Notes: generated from the letters alone by a model not told the origin. Positions 11,650 to 24,934 are shown, counted from the stretch's first letter. The stretch is 64,000 nt of DNA from Hydrolagus colliei (GCA_035084275.1 CM068743.1:134354001-134418000), one strand, 5' to 3'. Program-made: numbers and translations.

Positions 11650-13525
11650 TACAAGATCACACAATCACAAAATTGGTGTTAGCCATTTGATCTCATTCTT
11701 GCAGATTGAATAACCTCCTATTCCTCCAATCACAATATTATGCTGTTCTTAAATGAGACCATCACCCTGGCATCAAATATCTATGAGGTGACCTGTTTCA
11801 ATGGTTAATTACCCTCTGGGTGGAGGAGTACTTTTTGGTATTTGACCTGAAACTGGCCTTTGCTACCCTAAATCTGTGCCGTTTTCTGCTCTCTTAGCAT
11901 ATCTGAAAGTACTTGGGGTTTACTTTTTCAATCTCTTTTAAAATCTTATTTACCTAACTACCACCCATCTCCAATCTCCCTTTTCTTTTCAAGGTCCTTG
12001 AAAGAGTTGTTGCTTCACAGCTTCACTCCTTCCTCTCCTGGTATTCTGTCCATCTGTCACACTCTGTCTCTGTGCCTTGGGATGTCCTCCCGATGTGAAA
12101 GGCATTATACAAATATAATTTTGTTGTTGTTGTTGTTGCCTTGTACTCCTAGACCTCTCTCACCTCTGACATGGTGGACCACTCTATCCTCCTCCACTGC
12201 CTCTCCTCGCACTTCAACCTTCAAGGTTCTGTCATTGAATGGTTCAGATCCTATCTCTCACATCAGCTCCACTTTGTCTCCACAAACGGCTTCTCCTTCA
12301 GTCCCCGCACTGTATCGTGTGGTGTTCCTCGGGGCTGTGTCCTCGGTCCTCTCCTCTTCGACTTGTATGTACTCCTTCTTTGTGAAATCATCCCCTGACA
12401 ACTTCCAACTTTCACGTGTATGCGGATGACACCAAACTCTATCTCTCTGCCTCCAACGTCGACCCCACTGATGTTCTGACAGACTGCCTGCCAACGTCAA
12501 AGACTGAATGAGAGCCAATTTTCCACAGTTGAACGTTTGCAAGACCAAAGTCACTTCAGTCTCAACTGCAGCAGCCGTAGACATTTTAATCACAAGATCA
12601 CACAATCACAAGATTGGTTTATAGACCATTTGATCTCATCCTTGCAGATTGAATACCCTCCCGTCCTCTGATTGGCTCACGCCAACAACTCTCCACCTTA
12701 GGCACTGGCAGCAACAGCTTCCATGAATGCACATTTTACCTCACCTGGCCAGTCAAGAACCTAGGTATCTTGTTCAAACCTCAACTGTCCTTTCTCCCCC
12801 ATATCCGTGCCAATGTTTGTTGGCCTTCCACCTCCTCCCTCCACAAGGTGCAGATCATCCAAAACTCTGCAGCTCATATCCTCTCCCACACCAGGCTCTG
12901 TGACCCCTCCACCCAACCCACACTCAGCTCCACTGGCTATGCCTCAGAGGATCATGTTTAAAAATTCTCATCCTCCCTTTAAAGGCCTTGCCCCCTTCTA
13001 CCTCTCTGACCTGCTGGCCCCTTATCAACTTGTCCACTCAATTTGCTCATGTCCCCAGCTCAGCCTGCCCCGCCATCACTGATCAGGCCTTCACCTACTA
13101 TGCCCTCCTACTCTGGAACTTCATCCCACATTCCTTCTGCCCCATTCCCACCCTTGCCTCCTTCAAGGCACGTCTCAAGGCACTTCTCTTCTGTCATGCC
13201 TTTGGCTACCCTCGTATCCACTCAGCACCCCCACACTCCCTGATCCCAACCTCCTCACCCCCACTCGGGTCCTAATCTATGACAGCCTTGGAACATCCTC
13301 CCAACGTGAAAGGCACTTAACAAACATAATATGTATTGGATTGTAAGATCCTCTCTGAATTGTGATTTATTTTCAAGGCTGAAGATCGTTAATATATCTC
13401 ATTCCTCTTACACCAGGATCACTTTTACTACTCTCCTCGGCACACCTGCTAGAGACTAGATACTTTATGTTGTAGTGACTAGAACTGTAAAAGCATTCTA
13501 GTGCTCTGACCAAAGCATTGTACCA
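11650..13525 (-). mobile_element. Old CR1 LINE split by L2 insertions (pieces at about 11650-12000 and 13345-13525)
   Basis: Degenerate CR1 3' sequence resumes in register after the L2. Confidence 0.5.
12140..13330 (+). mobile_element. L2 LINE, RT core to 3' end, with deletions
   Basis: VDHSILL…GSVIEWFRSYLS…CGVPRGCVLGPLLF, TATGCGGATGAC (YADD), LHKVQIIQNSAA, LWNFIP, then tail. Confidence 0.9.
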
Positions 13526-13629
13526 CCGCACGTCTGACATGAAAGGTGCAACACAAGTGTAATTTTGTTGTTGTTCTGCGTTCTGAACTCAATTTGATCT
13601 GGCAATATTACCCTCTCTTTTGCTAACTC

Positions 13630-13750
13630 ACATGGGACATTGCTGTGAGCAAACTGGCTGCCATGTTTCCCCACAAAAACAATCACTTCACTTTACAGTA
13701 TATAATGAAATGCTCTTTGAGACATCCTCCTGACATGAAAGGTGCTAGAT
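13630..13750 (+). mobile_element. Deu-domain SINE 3' fragment
   Basis: GGGACATTGCTGTGAGCAAACTGGCTGCC plus hairpin tail. Confidence 0.65.
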
Positions 13751-14776
13751 CAGATGTAAGGACTGTTATAATGAATTGCTACTCCAGAGAAGCTGCACCA
13801 ATTACTACCCCCAAATAAATCAATTTTCTGTTTTATTGTTGCTCGTATAATAACTATAATATTATGACTTTGAACAGAATTAGTAAGATGTTCCTCTGAT
13901 TGTAAAATATATATTTTAAAAAATTGCTCAATTATTTTATTCAACAATGTTTTGCTTTAAGATTAGCTTAAGAGTCACAGATGTGGACGTGTGGATGGTG
14001 TCTATCCATTAAATATGCAAAATTATAATCGAAATCATTAACATGTTGCTGGAGATGGTGAAGTTAAGGCGTGTAATGAAAAGTTTGACTAAATCGTGTT
14101 CATTAAAAAGCTTAATAGCTGAAAACTTCTTAATTTGCCCTGTAGTGGTGGTGACTAAATTTCAATTGGTGTTTAGCAAAAGGAAATAGGTTCAAAACAG
14201 ACCATCAAGGAAACATTTGATATCTCAGTTAAAGTTTTTTTTTAAAAAAGAGAAGAAGGTATTGTTAGTTCAGAACACAAAGTACATGAAGTACTGAGTG
14301 TTGAAATGCCTAGGTTACAATAGTCATAAAAACTAACAATAACGGAAAAAAATCATTCAAGGTGATCATTATTAATGTTGTTGGTGGGGAATGCTTAGTT
14401 CCATTCTCATGATTATCAAGTAAAAGTGTTTTTTATATGTGTGCTCCCGAATTTGGTTAACAAAATATGGTGCCCCCCTAATACTCCACAAATTTTATTC
14501 CACTATTTGGTTTGTATCAGAGTTTTATTTTACTTTTGATTAAAACAACATTGGGGTGTAAAGCACAGGAATTTCAAATGGGATCACTGAATTAGACAGA
14601 GCAGACATGTGGGAAATGCCTCTCCAATGTTGTCTAGTTTGGGAGTGGAATTCCTGGAGTCAATGTGACACGAAAGGAAACAAAGCCCCCACTTAGATTA
14701 TTTACCTCAGGCATCCCAGTCACAATCAACATGTTTTAAATGTTATTGTGGTTAAAAATAATGAATGTTAGTAATT

Positions 14777-15170
14777 GGGTGGCACAGTGTGATAGGATTT
14801 TTACCATTGGGGCTTAGTTTTTGAATCCAGTGACTGATGGGATGAAAATCCATCCCTACTGTGTGTTGGCTTGAAGGGTCCTGGGTGAAATTGAGTGAAG
14901 AGGTTCTATCTCAACTCAATCCTAACGGATCCATTGCACAACATTCGCCTTACTTTAGGGCAAAATCTTCAGCCACACTCAAAGAGGCTGGTTGTCAACG
15001 CTGGAAACAGAAAATGTCTCACTGCCGCAGTGGAATGTGCTCTACTGAGGCTGGGGCTAAGATGTATGATTTAAGGAGAGCAGAGGGGCTTTACATCAAG
15101 GCTTTCTGGGACCATGAACCCTGAGAGTGCTTGATACTAACACTGGAATGGAAAACTGTTCCATTCCTCA
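14777..15170 (+). mobile_element. LF-SINE-like ancient SINE
   Basis: TGGCT…GGTCCT..GTGAAATTGAGT…TCTCA…CCT…GGA and GAGGGGCTTTAC…CCCTGAGAGTGCTTGAT resemble LF-SINE-type consensus as remembered. Confidence 0.45.
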
Positions 15171-15829
15171 TTCCTCCCCCTGAGGAGAGGATGTTAGAGT
15201 TGGGGAATGGAACATAAAATGGAATGAAACATTTTTTTTAATCAATAGGATCAATTCACACACACTGTAAAGGTACATTTTGAAAAATGATACTCATTCA
15301 CAATTCAGCTATATCCGCCTCTGCACGGTTGTAACTTCAGGAAAAAAGTTTCTCTCTGCCTAAAAAGAAGAGAAGGAAGTTTCGGAAGAAAGGGGTTGAA
15401 TTTTCTTGGCATCCAATATCCGAAGGGAATAACAGAGCAATGATTTGATCCGGCAAGCTCTTTGTACTGAAAAAACATACTGCATTTTCCTTTAAGCTAT
15501 TGTTAGTGCTTTCTTGGCAATCGCTACCTCTTGTTCCAGATTTTTTTCTGCTGAAGAATTGGCAAGTTTATCCTTTGGGTCCATCTTGCCTTATTGTATG
15601 CATGTGATTTGCCTTGTGCCAAGTACTTCAGAAAACATTTGGACGAAGTACAAATTCTATTTGTATCATGTTCATGTCCCTTTATTTGGTAAGGGAGGCC
15701 AAGTTAAAATAGACAGGATGCTTGAAGGCTATATGGTGGGAATTGCCCTGATCTTAGTATGCATAAATTACCTAACTTCACATACTCAGGGTATGGTAGT
15801 TCACTTATAACAATTAAGATGAACAGTGG

Positions 15830-16300
15830 AATTAGAGGAGAGAGTCAAGATCTCACAAAATAGTTCTAAAGGATTGTTGAGTTAATCACTAGCAATTGGA
15901 GTTCAATGTGGATGTTGTGAGGTTAAGTAAAAATAGGAGTACTGTACATTTGATTCATGTGAAGGACAGAACAAGTCAAAAGGGAATTTGAAAGAGACCG
16001 ATGACTTCAACTTCAAGGGAGAAGATGAATAGTGTGAGTTGATTCAACGTCTAAACAGTGTGAGGCAACAATAAAGAAGGCAAAAGGGCTGGGCCAATTT
16101 GCTTGGCTACAATCAATTGATTTCTGGTCGCCAGAAATGATGCTCAAGGATATTGTGGTCTGGTCAAGACACCCCTGAATTACTGATCTCCTCCTTGTCA
16201 CCATTAACATCCAGGTTTTGGAGACAATGAGGAGAGCAATGGGGCTGATCACCAGTTAATGAGCTCTCAGATCCTTACATCTTGAAAAGAGACTTCTTAG
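15830..16300 (+). mobile_element. Old CR1 ORF2 fragment
   Basis: Degenerate FNV..C.V, QCEATIKKAKG and LVRH.L.Y motifs. Confidence 0.55.
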
Positions 16301-16854
16301 AAGAAAATGTACAGATGTATAAAGGGCCATATCGCATAGTCGAGACGTCTCAAATCACAGGATTACTGTTTATTGTAACATTGGAAACGTCTGTGTATTT
16401 TGTAGGGGAATGCAGCGGACAATTTATGCACAACCATGTCCTACAAACAGAGGAATTTTTATCCGGGGGATTTCAGTCCAGCACACCAGGAGAAATTCCC
16501 TTCTCTTTTTGAATAGCGCCAAATACTCAAAATTCATATTAATCAGCTGTTTATTGTATTGTTGATTATGGAGCATTGCTGGCTCCGATTAGCTGACCTA
16601 TTTTTCTACATAACAGTTTGCACTCCATTTCTTACCAATTCTATTTTCTAAAGTGCTTTGAGACATGCGTTTTTAGATATCACATTATATAAATGCAAAC
16701 TGTTGTATTTGTGTGAGGTAATGTCTATGGTATAATGCCATTGCTTTAGGTAGTTTTGATACTTTGTTTTCAAATCCAATATAGTATTCACTAAACTGCT
16801 CATCAGTCTCAATCAATTTTATTCTTCTTGGCCATTGTTGCCTCTATTTCCGGA

Positions 16855-17938
16855 ATAACAATCCTTGCATTTGATCTCGCGTTTTTCACGTCTTCTAGAT
16901 CTCTCAAAGCGCTTCACAGAATACTGTAAAGTGAATTGACTGTATATTTGTCGGCAAAACGCAGTAGCCAATTGCGCACAGCAGTGTCCCACGAAGACTC
17001 ATGGATTGAAATGACCAATTTATTATTTTGATTTTTAGGGATTATTATCAGGTGTGTGGAGTAAGGAAACTTGCCCAAGGTTTCACCCTACCTGGAATTG
17101 AACGCAGGTCTCTCACTTGTACTACTACAACAACAACAACAACAACAGCAGCAGCAACAACAACAACAAAATGACACGCATAGTGCCTTTCATGTCAGGA
17201 GGACATCCCAAGGCGCTGGATGGTCACTGTTTCAGACCCAAGCTGGAGTCAGGGTTGGGGAGTGTGGAGGGAAGGGAGGGGGTTTGGGATGACCGATGGG
17301 ACTGTTGTAGAGGAGGGTCTTGAGGCTGGACTTCAAGGAGGCTAGGGAGGGGGCAAGGTGGAGGGATTGCGGGTTGTAATTCCAGAGATTAGGGCCAGAG
17401 TGGCTGTAGGCTCGCTCACCAATGGTGGGTTGAGTGGATCGGGGGACTTGGAGCAGGCTGCTGAGCGGAGGGGGGGAGCAGGTTGGTAGGGGGTCAGGAG
17501 GTTGCAGAGGTACAGTGGGGTGAGGCCTCAGAGGGCTTTGAATGTGAAGACCAGGATCTTGAATTGAATCCTCTGGGCAATGGTGAGCAAATGGTGCCGG
17601 GCGAGAATGGAGGAGATGGGATCACGGAGCTTGGAGCGGTAGAGGACATGGGCTGCAGAGTTCTGGATTACCTGAAGCCTATGGAGAGAGGAATTGAGAA
17701 GGCGGACAAGCAGGGCGTTGGCACAGTCAAGCCAAAATGTGATCAAGGCATAAATGAGGGATTCAGCAGCCTGAGGGGTGAGGTAGTGGCGGAGTCAGGC
17801 AATGTTGCGGAGGTGAGGGTAGGCAGAGCGAGTCATGGCTTGGATGTGGGGGAGGAAAGACACTTGAGGATCAAACAGGACACCTAGGTTCCTGACTGGC
17901 TTGGTGATGTAAGACGAGTGCTGAGCTACAGGACTCCA
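16855..17938 (-). mobile_element. tRNA-SINE split by an L2 (pieces 16855-17121 and 17908-17938)
   Basis: The head resumes after the L2 as TGTAAGACGAGTGCTGAGCTACAGGACTCC. Confidence 0.85.
17122..17907 (-). mobile_element. 5'-truncated L2 LINE (type A tail)
   Basis: LHRLQVIQNSAAHVL…IQFKILVFTFKAL; (CAA)n at 17128-17169. Confidence 0.9.
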
Positions 17939-18257
17939 CAATGTTTTTCACTGTGCACTGAGTTTGTGAATCCGGTTTATCTATATACACTTGAAACAGG
18001 AAGGGTCCAAGCATTCACCTCTTAGGCACCCTCTCTGTACCTTTTCTATTTTAACCAAATGTCCCTAACTAAATTGATCATTCACTTCATGGGCATTTGT
18101 GGGACAATGCCATTTGCAAATTGGATGCGGTGTTTGAATTCAAATGAACAGTCACTACACTTTACAACAAATCCTGTGCAGCACTTTGAGACATGCTCCT
18201 AATTATATCAAATGCATGGATTATTGTTAATATACTAAACAATTACATTATTATAAT

Positions 18258-18672
18258 GGTTCTGTCCTTGAATGATTTATCTCTCGCACCGTCTCCACTT
18301 AATTTCCACAAATAGTTTCTCCTCTTGCCCCCACACTATCTGGTGCCATGTACCTCAGGGCCCTGTCCTTGGTCCCCTCCTTTTTAAAATGTATATGCTC
18401 CTTTTTGGTGACATCATCCGCAGACATGGGGACATTTTCCATCCTGCACTCGCTCCACCTCGCCTCCTCCCTTGTCTCCTTCAAGATCCGTCTCAAGATC
18501 CTCTTCTTCGATCGTGTCTTTGGTCACCATCCTTCCTTCACCCACCCCCCACCACACTCCCCCACCCCAATCCCGACCCACGACTTGGGTTCGAAACACC
18601 AATTGTCTACCACCATGAAACATCGTCCCGAAGTGAAAGTCACTATACAAAGGTAATTTTCTTGTTGTTGTT
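18258..18672 (+). mobile_element. Internally deleted L2
   Basis: VPQGPVLGPLLF.MYML.FGDIIRRHG.IFH jumps directly to the 3' end and (TTG)n. Confidence 0.85.
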
Positions 18673-20054
18673 AAGTCGGTTGCAGATACAGGCCAACAAA
18701 ATTATTACCTATTTTAATTTCTCCTTTGCAAGGTAGGCCAGATATTTCCAGCTTTGCAGAGCAGATTCAGTTGTTTCATCAATCTCTGAGCTCAGAGTAT
18801 TGCGGTGTGAGGTCAAGCTTCCAAGCTCTATCCCACTTGAAGGGCACTATATAAATGCCAGTTGTTGTTGTTGAGGACTGGAACCAAATTGCTTCAGGTT
18901 TTAAAGTGATGAGTGCTCTTTGAACGAAGGGTTGGCCAACAAGGGACAATGCATCAACAAGAGTAAAATTCAGCTGACGTCAGTTAAATTTGTTTTACTC
19001 TTGAAGTTAAAAAAGAGATTGTATCAGCCAGAAAAGCTCCTTCGTTTACAAATTGCAACTTTTGCAGGGAATTCCATGTACATAAACTTGCCAGCTCTAG
19101 GCTCTGACCTAATACTGTATGCAAACAGAGTTCTTTCAGGTAAGTGTGGCATATATGCATTTTCCTGCACAAGACTTGTTTCATATAGGTGCTTTTTCTT
19201 AGGCTGACTGAATTATGCTGAAATTTTCCTCTTCAAGATCCATTTCAATTTACTTGTCAGAATGAGAGATATCAGTTGTTTTTTTAACCGCCATTTTTGG
19301 ATACCCACCTTGACAGCCAACATTTCATCCGCTCTACCTCACGCTATGGAGCTCCCTTGGCAAATCCTTTCATCTTGTATTCTTTCTCTGTGTCTTCTAA
19401 ACCATTAGTCCTTTCTCCGACCCACTCCTTCACATCTTGATCAGTGTTATTGTGACAGTGAGCATTTCAGCAATATTCCCTATTCAGACCAACAATGTAC
19501 CTGAACTTAGAATCAACCCCTATTTCCAATGCAATTATTATATTTCCCAAACCAGCGAACCTCGTGGGCTTCAATGAAAGCAACGCCAATTTTATGTCAA
19601 TGTATGTACAGTTATGTACTATGTTTCTCTTCCCTTCTCCTACTCACCTCTACTGATTCAATCTGGCTAAATGCTGGTGTGTTTCTTCCAGTTAAGGCTG
19701 GATAGAATTGTCCAGTGCTCATAGACAACTCCCTGAAGATACTCTTGTCCAGTCTGGATGGAGCCCAACAAAAGATGATCAAATCCAGTCTGGAAAAAGA
19801 CTTAAGGGCAAGGGTGGGGTATTTTCTATGTGAAAAGATTGACTATACTTAATGAATGAAGAAGAATAACCCCTAAGGTCTCTCTAAACCAGATGGATTT
19901 CTATTGATTTACTAAATCAGAATTTAGCTGGGTAAGACTTGCCTTTGGAGGTTCAAGAACTGGAAAGTGAAGGGGTTACCTAGCCCAAAGGGTATTTTTG
20001 TGAAGCTGTCAGAATTGTTTAGTTGGTAGTAATATAAAAATGTAAGGATTATTA

Positions 20055-20280
20055 GTACACTCACCTCTGAATCAGAAAGTTATTTATTTGATGTCAAATT
20101 GGATCTTGAGCTCATAGTCTGGAGTGAAACTCCTGCACAATTGAAAGTGGATTGCAGTATTGAAGGTGTTGTCTTTCAGGTGAGAAATTAAGCCAACCTG
20201 TCTATTAAGATGGATGTCCAAGATCCCATGACACATCAGAAAGAATATAGAGCTCCACTTGGTGTCCTGGGAAAGAAATC
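20055..20280 (+). mobile_element. Old SacSINE1/DeuSINE-like 5' part
   Basis: CACTCACCTCTGAATCAGAA…CTTTCAGGTGAGA.ATTAA…GATCCCATG. Confidence 0.65.
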
Positions 20281-21626
20281 CTTCAGACAAATTCAACAAC
20301 AACAACAACTTCCATTTATCAAACGATCATTATGCAGGATAGGGTCCCAGATTAACACTTTGACCGTGGCTATTCCTGGGACCTTAGTGAAGCAAATGGC
20401 TACCACATTTGTTTACAGAAAGGCCGTCACCACAATTAACAGTAATTATTTGTTGATCACTTTTAGATTTGCAATGTGATAAGATGTTACAAAAAAAAAA
20501 TTTTGTAATACATTTCCTTGCAACGTTTGTGAAGCAATGTCCAATCTCTGGACTTCTCAACATTTTCTGAAGGAATATAAGGTTAGATTGTGTTGTATCG
20601 TTCATCGCAGAGAGCCCTACCCATAAAATAGGTTCATTTTATTTAGTGTAGTATAATGCTTCCCTCACCACCCCCTAACCCCCCAACCCCCAACCCCACT
20701 GCACCACTACCCACCCACACAGACACACCATAATGTATCACTAAAACGATCTAATTCCGTTAAAAGTTTGATTTGGGAGCTTCGGAGAATAAACAGAAAA
20801 TTAAATGCACATCAACAGGAACATTATCTTCACTGCTGAGCTGGAGCTGAGGCTGACTGACTTCACTGCAAAAATAGCTGGGTGGCTGGATAAACAATTC
20901 CCTTCCTGTTGAATCTGTTGAAGAACTAAGCAGGGACTTTCCTTTACTAAAAATACAATCATAATGAAGCAGTTATATTTGGATGTGCTGCTGTAATTAA
21001 AAAGCATGTGGGTATTACTCTTCACTTGTTTATTGATTTTAGAAACTAGCAACCAACAATAAAGCATAAATCTAATGCACTGATGTACTCCATCGCTTCT
21101 CATTATTAAGAAAAACTATATTGTGACTGATTTTAATGATGCACAGATTCATGATTGTTATAATCTAATATTACAGGACAAGATCAAATTGAAACAGGCA
21201 TATTTCAGTTTTCAGTCAGTTTGTATATTTACTGTTGGTCTACTTTACTCCCATCTCTGACAATCTCACCTCATCCACCTGCCAACTTAATAGATTGAAA
21301 TGCTTGTCGGGATGGATGTGTCTAGTGCTGTTCTCTCCTGTGGACTGAGAATGGGGCCAGTTCCTCAATCTGGACACCAGCAAAGTACCAGAAGATTGTT
21401 CTGGATTATTTGCCACTTTAATCCAGATTTTTCAAATTTATTTTGTCTCTTATTCTCCCGAGGGCAGTAACTCCTGGGGGTGGGGGTGCGGGGGTGGGGA
21501 GAGGATGGTAGAAGAGCTCAATGGATTTACTGTATGAATTAGCAGTAGGCTGAAGAACTAGAATGCACCTGGAGCTCGTGAAACCAATTATCTACAGGAA
21601 TCGATATCTTCATTACATTTACTTGT

Positions 21627-22008
21627 GGAGTCCTGGAGCTCAGTGATTAGAGCACTCACCTCACAAGCGGGGGGACCTGGGTTTGATTCCCGGACAGGGC
21701 ACAACGTTGGGCAAGTTTCCCTACTCCACACGTCTCTGTTTACCTAGCAGTAAGTAGGAACCCGGTTGTTAGTTGATTGTCGGGTCACTTCTCTAGGGAT
21801 AATAATTTCTTCCAAATAAATAAAAATAACTTGGTCACTCAATCCCCCACTGTTTGTGAGGTACCACTGTGTGCAATTGGCTGCCACGTGTCCCCACAAA
21901 ATATACAATCAATTCACTTTACAGTATATTCTGTGAAACTCTTGAGACGTCTCGTAGACAGGATAAGGTGCTATTATAAATGCATGGATTATTATTAATA
22001 TTATTATT
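21627..22008 (+). mobile_element. tRNA-SINE, full length, long variant
   Basis: Head, an extra module of about 63 nt at 21736-21798, Deu-like segment and (ATT)n tail. Confidence 0.9.
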
Positions 22009-22119
22009 AACTTGAATTTTTGGCCAACCCCATTATCTTGTTAGATCATGAGTTTACTTTAATCCTGTATACAAGAAAAACAAAATTACATTTTAATAAT
22101 GCGTTTCACATTGGCAGCA

Positions 22120-22665
22120 TTCATAACATCACAAAATTGGTACAGGTGAAGAAGATCCATTGACCCATTAGATCTCAACCTTCCATTATACTTACTTTGG
22201 AGTCCCCTTCGTGCAGAATCAAGCTGTTTTTCAAATGAGACCAATGTCCAAGCATTATCCATCATTCCTTGTATCCTCAGAGAAAAGGAATATTTCCTGC
22301 TGCCTGTCTTGGAATTGCTTTTCGCAATTCTAACCCTATGTCCTTTTGTTTTACTGTGTCGGTAACATGTTCTGGGTGAATTTTTCAATTCCATTTAAAA
22401 TGTTATACTGTACTCCTCTCTACGGCCGACCTCTGAGATTACTTCTTTGAACATGGAAGAGTCCTAACTTCTTTAATCATCGCTCATAGTTTACTCTAAT
22501 ATCCTCACTGCTCTTCTCTGCATTGTCACTGTTTGCTGGGCTGTCATCTTACGTCGTGGCAACCAGAACAGTATGTCATACTCTACGTGTGAATGGTGCT
22601 ATGTAAATGCAAGTTGTTATTGTTGTTGTTGCTGTTGTTGTAGGAATGGCCTGACCAGGGACCTG
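22120..22665 (-). mobile_element. Old CR1 3' region with a short L2 tail inserted at about 22587-22640
   Basis: TKGHRVRIAK…RKYSFSLR similar to the CR1 TRGHRFKI…FFTQR motif. Confidence 0.65.
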
Positions 22666-24099
22666 CAGATATAGGAAATGCAACACACCGATAACTTCTG
22701 TTGTGAACTGGCAGACAACCAGTGATAAAATAAGTCTGCAGTTAGTCCGCAGCAAACTTTATTGATGTCACTCTGCAAAGGAAATGTCATCCCCAACACT
22801 CCCTTTACATAACACATATGGGTATAGCATATCAACTGTGACCTGACGACTTGGAAATTAGCCATTTTTTTCAAACTTCATGTTCACACTGGAGTCTCAG
22901 ATTATGGTCATGGGCCATTCAGGTATAATGACACATAGCACCTTTTGCATAAAAGAAAAATCTTAACGCTTTTAACATAATGAGATTTATTAAAACATTA
23001 ACTGAATATTATACGGACAAATTTTGCAGCGATTTGTGTTAGCAACATTCTACAGACAGTAATACGATTAACAACAACCAAGTTAATTCAAATTTATTTT
23101 GAATTTATGGCAGGAATTTGGAGAAGGAGGAAATATACAGCAGGTCAAAATGTTGTTGAAATGGCAGCAGTGCGGAACTTTTAACTTTCACCATAATCAC
23201 AAGTTTTCTTCTTTACCCACAATCTCACTTTTCACAAACTCTGTATTTGTTACCCAAATCAATCTGTTCCTCCACGACAATGAGAATTACACCACCACAT
23301 CATAATTTCATTACCTATCCTCTCTCTCAAAATGCACCATTTCACATATGTCAAAAATGAACTCTATTTTCCATCATCTCCCCTAATAGTACTCAATTGT
23401 CTTTATAACATAGAAACAGGGAGAAATCATTTAACCTGTCGAGCCTGCTCCACCTGTTTATTAGATCATGGCAGATCTTTTAATCCCATTTCCCTGCCTC
23501 TTCTCCACACTCTGAATAACCTTATTTCCCAGGATCATAGATGGAAATGCAAAAAGAGTTACATTACAATTAAGGAGAAATCATGTACCAGAATTTAGGA
23601 TCATAGCGTCACCAAATTCAAGAAAGTGAAATATTGCTTTTGTTAATCGTGCTGATATATGTACAACTTGACACAATTTGCAACGCTTTCCAAAATGGAT
23701 TAAGAGTAAGAAACAACATGTCTACTTGTCAGTCATTGTGGAGATTTCTGACGATGTGCAATGAAGTAAACACAAGGACCTGACAATGGATCATTTATTA
23801 AATGTTCTTAACCAGACAGTCTGAAAATCCAGTCCTTGGAGAACATTAACAAGATTAAGTGTGGTCATTTTTTGTGGAGCTATTTCAAGAGCGGCAAACA
23901 AATCAAAGTGTGCTGTCTGCATTTAAATTATAGTTGAAGCAATTTCTTGATAAAACTACCTACTGTAATTTATGCCATATTTAAATACAATATAAATAGG
24001 GCATACGTTGGTTATTGAGGGAATATAGGAATAATATTTTGTTGATTTTCAATTTGAAACTTTTAACCAGCATTGGTAGCAGCAAGTCAGTGAAATGCT

Positions 24100-24190
24100 A
24101 AAACAAAGACAGAAAATTGTGAAAATGCAAATTAACATCAGAAAGAGAATGATAGGTTAATTTCACAGTGATGCCTCTTCATCAGAAATA
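24100..24190 (-). mobile_element. Degraded Penelope-type terminal repeat (hammerhead-like core)
   Basis: Minus strand TTCTGATGAAGAGG…GAAATTAAC…TCTCTTTCTGATG, related to the 45705 and 50572 copies. Confidence 0.45.
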
Positions 24191-24934
24191 GGCAGGGATT
24201 TTTTACCCAATCTATAAATAGTTCAAGAAAATTCTGTATTCTGGATTACATTTAGGATTCTCGATACCTAGGAGTGTTTTACAGGGTTGTGCGCTCACAA
24301 ACAGTTTGGAAGAAATCGTAAACATGTTTTTTCGGGGCTAATAAATTCACCAACCCTTACCAGATGAGCAACCTTTACCAACCAGCAAAGAATATCCTCC
24401 CCTATTCCAGAAATACAGGAGTTAGAAGTATGTGTGGTGTCTATGAAGGTAATTTAGACAGCGGGAGCTTCTCACTCATTTGTGCTTTAAAATATACATT
24501 TACATTCAGTGGTTTATAAAGATGCAAGTTCATTCTGTTCAAAATTCATCTACAACTTTCCCATTCAATTTGATGCCTCTATTTACAAAACTGAATTTTA
24601 ATCCTTAAATGCTACCATTATGGTCTCTGAGTTTCATCAGACTCTTTTGATTTGCACAACAGAAAGCAAGTGTTTTTTAGGGAAGTAAATGAGCAATGTC
24701 AAGAAAAAGAAAGTAGATTTACTGGAGAACCAAATATTTTATTTTCCCTAGCCATTCCCTCAGTTCTAACAGCCATCTCCAATCCTAATCCCAAGCAAGC
24801 ACACTCAAATGCACATAGGCCAAATCCAGCCTTTGGTCCTACACTAAATCTGACTTGAGCAAGTCTATAGCTCACACTTCTCCCTCACTAAAGAAAAAAC
24901 CATGTTCTACTCCAGTTATTCTGGAAATCAAGGC

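Noticed and set aside
15492-15584. 30-aa minus-strand ORF MDPKDKLANSSAEKNLEQEVAIAKKALTIA
   Set aside because: Too short, with no supporting signals.
17071-17323. Poly-Q and poly-N ORFs
   Set aside because: They translate the (CAA)n tail of an antisense L2.
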